The notes under the pieces were generated by a model. It was not told the origin of the DNA. It did no database searches and saw only the letters and a list, made by a program, of their open reading frames with translations. The position numbers were made by a program, and so were the translations under genes. A stretch of DNA of 64,000 nucleotides from an uncultured Gemmatimonadales bacterium (lineage in GTDB: Bacteria > Gemmatimonadota > Gemmatimonadetes > Longimicrobiales > RSA9), in assembly GCA_963708135.1 (NCBI GenBank), contig OY970192.1, positions 544,001 to 608,000 of the forward strand. Reading direction: 5' to 3'. Numbering within the stretch: the stretch's first letter is position 1; the number at the start of each line of letters is the position of its first letter. Positions 29,683 to 39,932 of the stretch are shown here, piece after piece.

Positions 29683-30834
29683 ATGAATCGCCGCCCCTAC
29701 GGCGTCCTGATCGCGACCATCTTCGCGCTGCTGCTGCTCCTCTTCCTCTACAGCATCGCGGAGATCCTGCTCCTCCTCTTCGTCGCGGTCCTGCTCTCGC
29801 TCTACCTGGGCGCGATCACGGACGCGCTGCAGCGCCGGCTCGGGGTGCCGCGCGGCCTCGGGCTGGCGATCTCCGTGGTTTTCACCCTGCTCATCGTCGC
29901 CGGCATCGCCTTCCTGATCATCCCCCCCGTGCTCCAGCAGACGCAGGAGCTCCTCACGCTGTTGCCGGCCCAGCTCGAGAAGTGGGAGAGGCAGATCCAC
30001 CTCCTCGCGGAGCACCAGCCGCTGGTCGGCCAGATCCTCGGGCCCGTCAAGGAGGGCGAGAGCTACGTCGGCCCGATCCTGCAGCAGATCGGCGGCTACT
30101 TCCACGGCTTCGTGCCCTACGTGTTCGGCGGCTTCCAGGCCCTCGTCCACTTCATCGGCGTGCTGGTCATGGCCATCTACATGGCCTACCGCCCGGCCCT
30201 CTACCGCGAGGGCTTCATCCTGCTCATGCCGCCAGTCCACCGCGAGCTCGCGCGCGACCTGCTCTCGGACCTCGGCAACACGCTGCGCGCCTACATCGTC
30301 GGGCAGCTGATCGCCATGGGCTTCCTCGGCCTGCTCTCCTGGATCGGCTACCTCGTCGTGCGCGTGCCCTTCGCCCTCGCCTTCGCCGTCTTCACCGGCA
30401 CCGTCTCCATCGTGCCCGTCTTCGGGACCCTCTTCTCGACCGCGCTCCCGGCCATCATCGTGCTCGGCACCACCGGACTCGGGAAGGCGCTCCTCGTGGC
30501 GCTGGTCGGACTCATCGTCCACATCATGGAGTCCAACTTCGTGGGCCCCATGATCATGGAGCGGCAGGTCCAGCTCCCGCCCGTGCTCACGCTGCTCAGC
30601 GTGCTCGTCATGGGCCACCTCCTCGGCATCGTCGGCCTGCTCGTGGCCGTCCCCGTGCTCGCCATGGTCATGGTCATCGTGCGCCGGATCTACGTCTACC
30701 GGATCCTCGAGGGGAAGGGCTTCCGCCGCGCCATCCGCGACCAGCCCGTGGAGATCCGGCTCCCCTCCGACGGCGCCGTGCTGGTCCACCCCGGCACCCT
30801 CGAGTCGAGCATTCCCAGCCTGCTGGAGAGCTGA
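29683..30834 (+). CDS. AI-2E family transporter
   Basis: Multi-TM, YIVGQL, VPVFG, ESNFVGPMI..RQVQLPP, GLLVAVP. Confidence 0.9.
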   Translation: MNRRPYGVLIATIFALLLLLFLYSIAEILLLLFVAVLLSLYLGAITDALQRRLGVPRGLGLAISVVFTLLIVAGIAFLIIPPVLQQTQELLTLLPAQLEKWERQIHLLAEHQPLVGQILGPVKEGESYVGPILQQIGGYFHGFVPYVFGGFQALVHFIGVLVMAIYMAYRPALYREGFILLMPPVHRELARDLLSDLGNTLRAYIVGQLIAMGFLGLLSWIGYLVVRVPFALAFAVFTGTVSIVPVFGTLFSTALPAIIVLGTTGLGKALLVALVGLIVHIMESNFVGPMIMERQVQLPPVLTLLSVLVMGHLLGIVGLLVAVPVLAMVMVIVRRIYVYRILEGKGFRRAIRDQPVEIRLPSDGAVLVHPGTLESSIPSLLES

Positions 30835-30915
30835 CCCGGCTCCGTTTCCGAGCACGCTTTCCTGCAGAAGCCCTTCATCGGCGTTTGCGCCTGCGTCTTT
30901 GCCTGCGCCCGCGCC

Positions 30916-33111
30916 CTATCTCACCAGCGCCTTCCACACCATCGCCGAGATCTCGGCGCCCACTGTCTTGGCCGCCTTTTCATCCCTGTAGCCGTGCGTC
31001 ATCACGACCAGCACGTAGGGCGCGCGGTGCGGTGGGTAGACGATGGCGCCGTCGTGCTGGATCCCCGTGATCCAGCCGGTCTTGTGCGCCACGGGCGTGC
31101 CGGCGGGGAGCCCCGCCGGGATCATGTCGTTGAATTCCTGCTCCGAGAGGATGTCGGTCATGTCGCGACAGTCGGGGGGCGTGGCCGCGTCGCAGCGAGC
31201 CACCACCTCGAGCACGCGCGCGAGCGCGGCGGCCGTGGTCCGGTTGTTCATCCCGCGGTTGAACGCCGGGATGTCCTCGACCCCGCGCAGCACGTGCATG
31301 CCGTCGGCGCCGATCGCTTGCATCTCTGCCGCCACGCTGTCGGCCGTCACCAGATCGATCAGGTTGTTCGTGGCCAGGTTTGAGGAGCGCACGATCATGC
31401 GCCGAGCCAGCTCGCGGATCGGCAGCCTCGTGCCCACCCGCCGGTACAGCTCCAGCTCGCTGTCGTCCTTCGGGCTGAGCGAGTAGCTCGAGCCGTCCGC
31501 GATGCTCCTGAACGTGTTCTTCACCACCACCGAATCATCCAGCGAGAAGCGCCCCGCGGCCGCCTGCCGGTACAGCTCCAGCAGCACGGGCACCTTCATC
31601 GTGCTCGCGGCGTGCATCTCCACCTCGTCGTTCACGCCGATCGCCTCGCCGCTGCCCAGGTCCACCAGCCGGACGGCTACGGTGTCCGGCGCCTCCGCCG
31701 CCACGCGTGCGCGGATCCGCCGCTCGAGCGAGCGCCACGCCGCGCCCGTCACGCCGCTGCCGGCGCGGGGATCGTCCGCCGCGAGCGGCGGATAGAGCAG
31801 CGCAGGCCGGCGCCGCGCCTCGAACGCCGTCCGCTGGGCCGCCCACGGGGCCACGATCTCCTCGAGGGGCGCGTTCCGCTCGATCATGCCGCGCAGCCGG
31901 TCCGTGCCGGCGAGGCGGTCGAAGTGCTTCGGGATCCAGCGCAGGCTGTCCGGCGCGGCCGCGTGGATCTCCAGCAGCGCCGCCACGCTTGCCCGAACCG
32001 GGTCGTAGCGGGCTCGATCCGTGGTCACGAAGCGCAGCCCGTTCACGGCGACGCCGGCGTACTTGCCGTCCGCGGGGTGCTCCGGCGTGAACCGCACCGC
32101 GTCGAAGCGGACGCCCGGCAGTTCCCGCGCGTTGAGCCGGGCCGCGACGGCCGCCGCATCGAGCCAGGGCGCGCCCACCTGCTGGAAGGCCAGCGGCGTG
32201 CCGCGTCCGACGGACAGGTTCGTCCCCTCGAAGAGGCACGTGCCCGGATAGTCGATCGCGCTCTCCAGCGAGGGCATGTTCGGGGAGGGGGCGGTCCAGG
32301 GCAGCCCCGTCTCGTCGAAGTAGAGCCCCCGCTGCCACCCCGCCATCGGCACGACCGTGAGCTTCGCGCCGATGCGGAACGAGCCGTTCAGCATGCGGGC
32401 GAGCTCCCCGGCGGTCATGCCGTAGCGCATCGGCACCGGGTAGAGCCCCACGAACGTGGCGAACGTCGTATCCAGCACGTTGCCCTGCACGGCCGCGCCG
32501 CCGAGCGGGTCCGGCCGGTCCAGCACGATGAACTCCAGCCCGTGGCGCGCGGCCGCCTTCATCGCCAGCGCCATTGTCCAGGCGTACGTGTAGTAGCGCG
32601 TGCCCACGTCCTGGATATCGTAGACGAGGGCGTCCAGCCCGGCCAGCATCGAGTCCGTGGGCGCCTCCGTCTCACCGTAGAGCGAGTAGATCGGCAGGCC
32701 CGTGCGGGCGTCCCGCCCGCCCGTCACTTTCTCACCCGGCCTCGCCGTGCCGCGGATGCCGTGCTCCGGCCCGAAGAGCGCCGTCAGCTCGAAGCCGGGC
32801 CGCTCGTGCAGCACGTCGATCGTGCTCTCTCCCGTGGCCGTCCGGCCCGTGTGGTTGGTGATCAGCCCGAGCCTGCGGCCGCGCAGGAGCGTGTCGAGCT
32901 CGCCCGCGGCCACCCGATCCACGCCCAGCCGTACCGTCGCTTCGGAGCGCGGCGGCGGCGGACCGTGCACGGGCGCCGCGCCCGCCCCTCCGCCCGCCGG
33001 GGACGCCGGCGTCCCGGCTCCGCCGCCCGTGCTCGCGCATGCGGCCACGAGGGCCGGCAGCAGCACCGCCGCGCGTTGCGCAACTCCCTTGCTCCGTCTA
33101 CGTTTGGCCAT
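30916..33111 (-). CDS. namZ: Lipoprotein: exo-beta-N-acetylmuramidase NamZ (DUF1343) fused to a class A beta-lactamase-fold serine hydrolase
   Basis: Lipobox LVAAC; GLITNHTG, LFGPEHGIRG, SLYG, DIQDVGTRYYTY, PSPNMP; C-terminal ASTMK, SSN, HKTG. Confidence 0.88.
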   Translation of the reverse strand: MAKRRRSKGVAQRAAVLLPALVAACASTGGGAGTPASPAGGGAGAAPVHGPPPPRSEATVRLGVDRVAAGELDTLLRGRRLGLITNHTGRTATGESTIDVLHERPGFELTALFGPEHGIRGTARPGEKVTGGRDARTGLPIYSLYGETEAPTDSMLAGLDALVYDIQDVGTRYYTYAWTMALAMKAAARHGLEFIVLDRPDPLGGAAVQGNVLDTTFATFVGLYPVPMRYGMTAGELARMLNGSFRIGAKLTVVPMAGWQRGLYFDETGLPWTAPSPNMPSLESAIDYPGTCLFEGTNLSVGRGTPLAFQQVGAPWLDAAAVAARLNARELPGVRFDAVRFTPEHPADGKYAGVAVNGLRFVTTDRARYDPVRASVAALLEIHAAAPDSLRWIPKHFDRLAGTDRLRGMIERNAPLEEIVAPWAAQRTAFEARRRPALLYPPLAADDPRAGSGVTGAAWRSLERRIRARVAAEAPDTVAVRLVDLGSGEAIGVNDEVEMHAASTMKVPVLLELYRQAAAGRFSLDDSVVVKNTFRSIADGSSYSLSPKDDSELELYRRVGTRLPIRELARRMIVRSSNLATNNLIDLVTADSVAAEMQAIGADGMHVLRGVEDIPAFNRGMNNRTTAAALARVLEVVARCDAATPPDCRDMTDILSEQEFNDMIPAGLPAGTPVAHKTGWITGIQHDGAIVYPPHRAPYVLVVMTHGYRDEKAAKTVGAEISAMVWKALVR

Positions 33112-33180
33112 TCCAGAAACTCCGATCAGTGCACCGTGCGCAGCGCCGTCCGCGGACCCGCCGCGCGGCCGGAAACGAGT

Positions 33181-35121
33181 ATGCCGAAACTTCAGAATCG
33201 CCCGGCGGCGAGGTTGGCCGCCGCCCTTCTCGCCGCCGCGCTGCTTGCCGGCTGCGCGGCTGCCGCAGGCCCCTCCGGCGCTCCGGCGCCGGGCGCCGGC
33301 CGCGCGGCCACGGCCGCCCCGGCGCCGCCCCCGCCCGTGGGCCCGAACGGCGCCCGTCCCGACCGCCGCTGGGTCGAGCGCACGCTCTCGCATCTGACGC
33401 TCGAGCAGAAGATCGGACAGATGGTCGTGCCCTGGCTCGACGGTGCCTACATGCCGCTGGACGGTCCCGCCTACCAGCGACTGCGGCACCTCGTCGTGGA
33501 CGACGGCGTGGGCGGCCTCGTCATGTCCATCGGCGCTCCCCTCGAGGTGGCGCAGAAGCTCAACGAGCTCCAGCGCCTCGCCGCCGTGCCGCTGCTCGTG
33601 GCGTCGGACGTCGAGCACGGAGCCGGGATGCGGCTCAAGGCGGGCGTCGCGCTGCCGTACGGGATCGATCTCGGCGGCGCCACCGAGTTCCCGCCGCTCA
33701 TGGCGTTCGGCGCCGCCGGTGACCCTCGGCTCGCCTACGAGCTCGGCCGGATCACCGCGCTCGAGTCCCGCGCCGCCGGGATCCAGATGGCCTATGCCCC
33801 CGATGTGGACGTCAATAATAACCCGGCCAACCCGATCATCAACGTGCGCAGCTTCGGCGGCGATCCGGGCATCGTCGAGGCCATGGCCACCGCCGACATC
33901 CGCGGCATGCAGGACAACGGGCTGCTCGCCACGGCCAAGCACTTCCCGGGGCACGGCGACACCGGCACCGACTCGCACCTGGCGCTGCCGATCCTGAACG
34001 TGTCGCAGGCGCGGCTCGATTCCGTCGAGTTGCCGCCCTTCCGCGCCGCCGTGCGCGCGGGCGTCTCGGCGGTGATGAGCGCGCACATCGCCTTCCCCGC
34101 GCTCACCGGCGACACGGTGCCCTCCACGCTCAGCCCGCGCCTGCTCACCGGGCTGCTCCGCGACACGCTCGGATTCCGCGGGCTCGTGGTCACCGACGCG
34201 CTTGACATGGGCGGAATCGTGCGGAAATACGGCCCGGCCGACGCCGCCGTCCTTGCCGTCCAGGCGGGGGCCGACGTCCTGCTCATGCCGCCCGACGTGC
34301 CGGCCGCGATCGCCGCGGTGGCGGCCGCCGTCCGGGACGGCCGCATCCCGGAGGCCAGGATCGATGCCTCCGTCCGCAAGCTGCTCGACCTCAAGAGCCA
34401 GGTCGGGCTCGACCGCCGCCGCGCGGTGGACCTCTCCATGATCCCGCGCGTCGTCGGCATCCCGGCCCACCAGGCGGTGGCCGAGCAGGTCGCGCGCCGC
34501 GCGCTCACCGTCGGCCGCGACCGCGACCACCTGCTCCCCGTGGACCCCCGCCGCGTCGATCGCATCCTCAGCATCGTTTACAGCGACGACGCCGATCCCC
34601 TCGATGGGCGCGCCCTCCAGAAGGCGCTCGGCGCGCGCTACCGTGCCGTCGCCACGGCGTTCCTCGACCGACGCGCCGGGGAGCCCCAGCTCGACTCGCT
34701 GCTCGCCGCCGCCGACAGCGCCGACGTGGTCTTCTTCTCGCCCTTCGTGCGCGTCCTCGCGCGCAAGGGCGGCGTGGCCATCGCGCCCCGCGTCGTCGCC
34801 TTCGCGCGGGCGCTCGCCGCCCGCCGGCCCACCGTCGTGACCTCGTTCGGAAACCCCTACCTGCTCTCGGAGCTCCCGGACGTCTCGACCTACGTGCTCG
34901 CCTGGGGACCCGAGGACGTGATGCAGCAGGCCGCGGCGGCGGGGCTGGCCGGGGAGCAGCCGATCACCGGCTCGCTGCCCATCCGCATCCCGCCCGACCT
35001 GCCGCTCGGCAGCGGCGTGCGCATTGACGCGCTGCCGCGCACGGGCGCGGCCGCTCCGCCGCGGAGCGGCCACGCGCGGCGCCGCGGTGCCGGGCGCGCG
35101 GCCGCGGGGGCGCTCCGATGA
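33181..35121 (+). CDS. nagZ: GH3 beta-N-acetylglucosaminidase (NagZ-type), lipoprotein
   Basis: Lipobox LLAGC; DVEHG, APDVDVN.NP.NP.INVRSF, KHFPGHGDT.TDSH (NagZ motif), VTDALDM. Confidence 0.9.
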   Translation: MPKLQNRPAARLAAALLAAALLAGCAAAAGPSGAPAPGAGRAATAAPAPPPPVGPNGARPDRRWVERTLSHLTLEQKIGQMVVPWLDGAYMPLDGPAYQRLRHLVVDDGVGGLVMSIGAPLEVAQKLNELQRLAAVPLLVASDVEHGAGMRLKAGVALPYGIDLGGATEFPPLMAFGAAGDPRLAYELGRITALESRAAGIQMAYAPDVDVNNNPANPIINVRSFGGDPGIVEAMATADIRGMQDNGLLATAKHFPGHGDTGTDSHLALPILNVSQARLDSVELPPFRAAVRAGVSAVMSAHIAFPALTGDTVPSTLSPRLLTGLLRDTLGFRGLVVTDALDMGGIVRKYGPADAAVLAVQAGADVLLMPPDVPAAIAAVAAAVRDGRIPEARIDASVRKLLDLKSQVGLDRRRAVDLSMIPRVVGIPAHQAVAEQVARRALTVGRDRDHLLPVDPRRVDRILSIVYSDDADPLDGRALQKALGARYRAVATAFLDRRAGEPQLDSLLAAADSADVVFFSPFVRVLARKGGVAIAPRVVAFARALAARRPTVVTSFGNPYLLSELPDVSTYVLAWGPEDVMQQAAAAGLAGEQPITGSLPIRIPPDLPLGSGVRIDALPRTGAAAPPRSGHARRRGAGRAAAGALR

Positions 35122-38100
35122 GAGCTCCCGCGCGCACCGCCCCGCTGGCGGCCGCCTGCCTCCTCGCCCTGGCGGCGTGCGGGCCGCCGGCCGGCCCCGC
35201 GCCGTCCGCGCCCGCGCCCTCCGGCGACGCGCAGGCGCGGTGGGTGCAGAGTACGCTGGGCGCCATGACGCTCGACGAGAAGGTGGGGCAGATGCTCGTC
35301 GCCCGGGTCTGGGGCGACTTCAGGAACGTGGGCGACCCCGCGCTCGCTTCCGTGCTGCACGACGTCCGCGACCTGCACGTGGGCGGGGTGACGATCAGCG
35401 TTGGCTCGCCGCCCGAGATCGCCGGCAAGGCCGCGGCGCTCCAGCGGGCCGCGAAGGTGCCGCTCCTCATCTCGGCCGACCTCGAATACGGCCCCGGGAT
35501 GCGGCTCTGGCGCCCCGTCTACCCGCCCTACATGACCGAGGGTGGCGGCGGCACCGTGCTCCCCTACAACATGGGACTCGCCGCCACGGGCGATCCGGCC
35601 CTCGCGGAGAAGGCCGGCCGGCTGACCGCCGAGGAGGCGCGCGCCGTCGGCATCAACTGGATCTTCGCGCCGGACGTGGACGTGAACACGAACCCGGCCA
35701 ACCCGGTCATCAACGTGCGCAGCTACGGCGCGGACCCGCACGAGGTCTCCCGCTTCGCGGAGGCGTTCATCCGCGGCGTGCGCGCGGGCGGCGCGCTGAC
35801 CACGGCCAAGCATTTCCCAGGGCACGGCGACACGGGCATCGATTCGCACCTCTCGCTTCCCGTGCTGCCCTTCGACGCGGCCCGGCTGGACAGCGTCGAG
35901 CTCGTGCCGTTCCGCGCCGCCATCGCGGCCGGCGTGGATGCGGTGATGCTCGGTCACCTGGCCGTGCCCGCGCTCACCGGAGGCGACGTCGTCCCCGCCA
36001 CCCTCTCGCCCGCCATCGCGACCGGACTGCTCCGCGACAGCCTCGGCTTCAAGGGGATCGTCGTCACGGATGCGATGACCATGGGCGCGCTGCGGAACCT
36101 GCCCGGATGGTCGCCCGGCGGCATCGCCGTGCGCGCCGTCGAGGCGGGCGCCGACGTGGTGCTCTCCCCCCCCGACGTGGACGCCGCGCACGCGGCGCTC
36201 CTGCAGGCGGTGCGCAGCGGGCGCATCCCGGAGGCCCGCATCGATGCCTCGGTGCGCAGGATCCTCGCCGCCAAGGCGCGCCTCGGGCTGGAGCGCCGCC
36301 CCGCGCCCGACCTCGACTCCGTCGTCGATCGCGTGGCGAGCCCGGCCCACGACTCGCTCGCCGCCGCGCTGGCCCGCCGCTCGATCGTGCTGGTCCGGGA
36401 CTCGGCGCGGCTCGTGCCGCTGGAGGCGCGCCACGCGCGCTCGGTGGCCGCCGTCGCCTACGGCTCCGCCAACGACTTCAACACCGGCCGCGCACTGGCC
36501 GACGCGCTGCGCCGCATCTACGGCCGCTCGGACTGGCTGAAGGCGTCCGCCGCCACCACGCCCGCCGAGGCCGACAGCATCGCGGCGCGCGCGGACAGCG
36601 CGGACGCCGTCGTGCTCGGCCTCTTCCTCGGGCCGGTCTCGGGGAAGGGCACGATCTCGCTGCCGGAGCCCGCGCGGCGCCTGGCCGAGCGGCTGGCGGG
36701 GACCGGCAAGTCGCTCATCGTCGTCTCGTTCGGCGACCCGTACGGCGCGGCCAACCTGCCGCAGGCCTCCACCTACCTGCTGGCCTGGCAGCCGGACGGC
36801 CGCTGGGCACAGGAGGCCGCGGCCCGCGCCATTGCCGGGCGGGATGCCATCACCGGACGGCTGCCGATTCCTCTGGCCGGCCTGCCGATCGGCGGCGGGC
36901 TCCGGCGCGCCCCGCTCGCGGACACGCTGGTCTCGGCGGCGCCCGCGGCGGTCGGTATGGATCCGGGGGTGGTGGCGCGGGTGGACTCGATCATCCGCGC
37001 CGGCATCGCGGACGGCGCGGCGCCCGGCGTGGCCGTGGCGATCGGCCGGCACGGAAACCTCGTCGAGCTGCGCGGCTTCGGCCGCATCGACTGGGCGCCC
37101 GGCTCGCCCGCCGTGACCGACTCGACGCTCTACGACCTGGCCTCGCTCTCCAAGGTGATCGGCACGACCACGGCGGTGATGCAGCTCGTCCAGGGCGGTG
37201 AGCTCGACCTCGACGCGCCCGTCGCCCGCTACCTGCCCGAGTGGACCGGCTCGCCCGAGAAGATGGCCGTGACGGTGCGCCAGCTCATGCTGCACGAGGC
37301 CGGCTTCCCGCCCTTCGAGCCGCTCTGGCGCACGCTGCGCGGCCGCGAGCAGTACCTGCACGCCATCGCCACGATGCCGCTCCAGTACACGCCCGGAACG
37401 AAGAGCGTCTACAGCGACTTCAGCATGATCACCATGCAGTTCATCATCGAGCGCATCACGGGCGTGCCGCTCGATGTCTACCTGCGCGAGCACGTCTTCG
37501 CGCCGCTCCGGATGCGCGACACCCGCTACAACCCGGTGGCGGCGGGCCCCGTGCCGCCGGGGAAGGACTGCACGGCGGTGGCGGACATGGAGTCGCCGCT
37601 GCTCGGCCGCATCGCCTACGAGGAGGTGGACACCGTCTATCGCCACATCCACGTCCATGGCGTCGTGCACGACGAGAACGCGTGCGCGCTGGGCGGCGTG
37701 GCCGGTCATGCCGGCCTCTTTTCCTCCGCCCGCGACCTGGCGAAGTTCGCGCAGATGATGCTCGACGGCGGCCGCTACGGCAATGTCAGGATCCTCGATC
37801 CCGAGACGATCGCGCGCTTCACCACGCGCAAGGTGGAGTTTTCCAGCCGCGCGCTCGGCTGGGACACGCCGGCCGGCGTCTCCTCCGCCGGCGACTACCT
37901 GAGCGAGCGCTCCTTCGGCCACACCGGCTTCACCGGCACGAGCATCTCGGATGGACCCCGTGCACGATCTCTTCATCGTGCTCCTCACCAACCGCGTCGA
38001 CCCCACCCGCGCCAACGAGAAGCACCTGGCGCTCCGCCGCGCCGTCGCGGACGCCGTGGCGCTGTCCATCACCGACCAGAAGGTGGAGAAGCGCGCGAAC

Positions 38101-38124
38101 GCGGAGGACCATGCAACTCGCTGA
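35118..38124 (+). CDS. GH3 NagZ fused to an AmiE-like (class C beta-lactamase family) serine hydrolase; one-base insertion at 37948
   Basis: Lipobox ALAAC; KHFPGHGDTGIDSH; DLASLSK, YSD, GHAGLFS, FGHTGFTG. Removing C37948 gives SIWMDP..LFIVLLTNRV ending TGA 38122-38124. Confidence 0.85.
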
Positions 38125-39913
38125 CTGGCTGATCATCGCGGCGTACTTCGTAATCTCGGCCGCCGTCGGCCTCGCCTACGCGCGCCGCGCCGGAAAGAAC
38201 GTCACCGAGTTCTTCGGCGCCGGCCGCTCACTGCCCTGGTGGCTCGCCGGGACCTCCATGGTGGCGACGACCTTCGCCGCCGACACGCCGCTCGCCATCG
38301 CCGGCATGGTCGCGGCCAACGGCGTCGCCGGGAACTGGCTCTGGTGGAGCATGGTCATGAGCGGGATCCTGACCGTGTTCTTCTACGCCCACCTGTGGCG
38401 CCGCGCCGAGGTGCTGACCGACGCCGAGTTCGCCGAGATCCGCTACGCCGGCGGCCCCGCCGCCGTGCTGAGAGTGTTCCGCGCCCTCTACAGCGCCTTT
38501 CCCATCAACCTCATCATCATGGGCTGGGTCAACCTGGCCATGCTGAAGATCCTGGGCGTGGTGCTCGGGGTGAACCCGCTCGTCGCGTTCGGTTTCATGT
38601 TCCTCGTGACCATGTCCTACTCCGTCCTCTCCGGCCTCTGGGGCGTGGTCGTCACAGACTTCATCCAGTTCGGCATCGCCATGGGCGGCTCCATCGTGCT
38701 GGCCGTCTACGCCGTGCGGGCGGCCGGCGGCATCGACGGGCTCGTGGCGCAGCTGCCCCGGCACTACGGCTCCGCCGACGCCGCGCTCGCGCTACTGCCG
38801 TCCTCCGGCGCCACCTGGATGCCGCTCACCGCCTTCCTGGCCTACCTCGCCGTGCAGTGGTGGGCCACCTCCTACCCCGGCGCCGAGCCCGGCGGCGGCG
38901 GCTATATCGCGCAGCGCATCTTCAGCGCCCGCACCGAGCGGGATGGCGTGCTGGCCACGCTCTGGTTCAACGTGGCCCAGTACGCCGTGCGGCCGTGGCC
39001 ATGGATCCTGACCGCGCTGGCGGTGGTCGTGATCTACCCCGGCATCAACGACCCCGCCACGGCGTATCTTACGGCCGTGGTGCGGCTGCTGCCGACAGGC
39101 CTCAAGGGGCTGCTCGTGGCCGCGTTTGCCGCAGCCTACATGTCAACCATCGCCACGCAGCTCAACTGGGGCGCCTCCTACCTCATCAACGACATCTATC
39201 TGCGCTACCTCCGGCCGGACGCGCCCGAGCGACGCGTGATCTGGATCTCGCGCGCGGCCACCGCGTTCATGTTCCTCTGCTCCTCGGGCGTGACCTACTG
39301 GCTCTACGTAGCGGGCTCCATCGAGGGGGCGTGGCGGATCATCATCGCGCTCGGGGCCGGCACGGGCCTGGTCATGATCCTGCGCTGGTACTGGTGGCGG
39401 ATCAACGCGTGGTCGGAGATCAGCGCCATGGCGGCCGCGCTCATCGCCTTCACCGTTCTCTCCGCGGGCGGCGTGTTTGATCCCACGGACGCGCTCCAGG
39501 GCACCTATCTGATGCTCGTCACGACCGTGATCACCACCATCGTGTGGCTCGTCGTGACCTACATGACGGCGCCCACGCCGCGCGAGAAGCTGGAGGCGTT
39601 CTATCGCCGCGTGCGCCCCGGCGGCCGCGGCTGGCGCAGGATTCAGGACGGGCTCGGCTACCCGCACGAGCCGGTCGCCGGCGGCGCGCTCTCCTGGACC
39701 AACTGGGTGGCCGGCGTCGTGAGCGTCTACGCCTCGCTTTTCGGCGTGGGCAAGCTCATCTTCGGCCCGCGCTGGGAGGCCGTCCTCTTCCTGGCCATCG
39801 CCGCGGCCGCGTTCGCCTGGATCGCCGTGGCGCTGAAGCGCACTCAGCCGTGGCACCTCGAGCCCCTGCCGGCAGCGAAGTTGCAGCGGGCCGAAGCCGA
39901 GCAGCCGACCTGA
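38111..39913 (+). CDS. Sodium:solute symporter (SSS) family transporter
   Basis: FFGAGRSLPWWLAGTSMVATTFAADT, GLWGVVVTD, QRIFSA, AAYMST. Confidence 0.92.
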   Translation: MQLADWLIIAAYFVISAAVGLAYARRAGKNVTEFFGAGRSLPWWLAGTSMVATTFAADTPLAIAGMVAANGVAGNWLWWSMVMSGILTVFFYAHLWRRAEVLTDAEFAEIRYAGGPAAVLRVFRALYSAFPINLIIMGWVNLAMLKILGVVLGVNPLVAFGFMFLVTMSYSVLSGLWGVVVTDFIQFGIAMGGSIVLAVYAVRAAGGIDGLVAQLPRHYGSADAALALLPSSGATWMPLTAFLAYLAVQWWATSYPGAEPGGGGYIAQRIFSARTERDGVLATLWFNVAQYAVRPWPWILTALAVVVIYPGINDPATAYLTAVVRLLPTGLKGLLVAAFAAAYMSTIATQLNWGASYLINDIYLRYLRPDAPERRVIWISRAATAFMFLCSSGVTYWLYVAGSIEGAWRIIIALGAGTGLVMILRWYWWRINAWSEISAMAAALIAFTVLSAGGVFDPTDALQGTYLMLVTTVITTIVWLVVTYMTAPTPREKLEAFYRRVRPGGRGWRRIQDGLGYPHEPVAGGALSWTNWVAGVVSVYASLFGVGKLIFGPRWEAVLFLAIAAAAFAWIAVALKRTQPWHLEPLPAAKLQRAEAEQPT

Positions 39914-39932
39914 ACCAGGCGAGCGACGGAAG

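Noticed and set aside
33112..35073. N-terminal 654-aa extension of the 1385-aa minus-strand ORF
   Set aside because: It is antisense to nagZ; the real protein starts at ATG 33111 with a lipoprotein signal peptide.
30916..38124. Beta-lactam resistance genes
   Set aside because: Both beta-lactamase-fold domains are fused to murein glycosidases in a salvage locus, so a peptidase/amidase role is more parsimonious; activity is untested.
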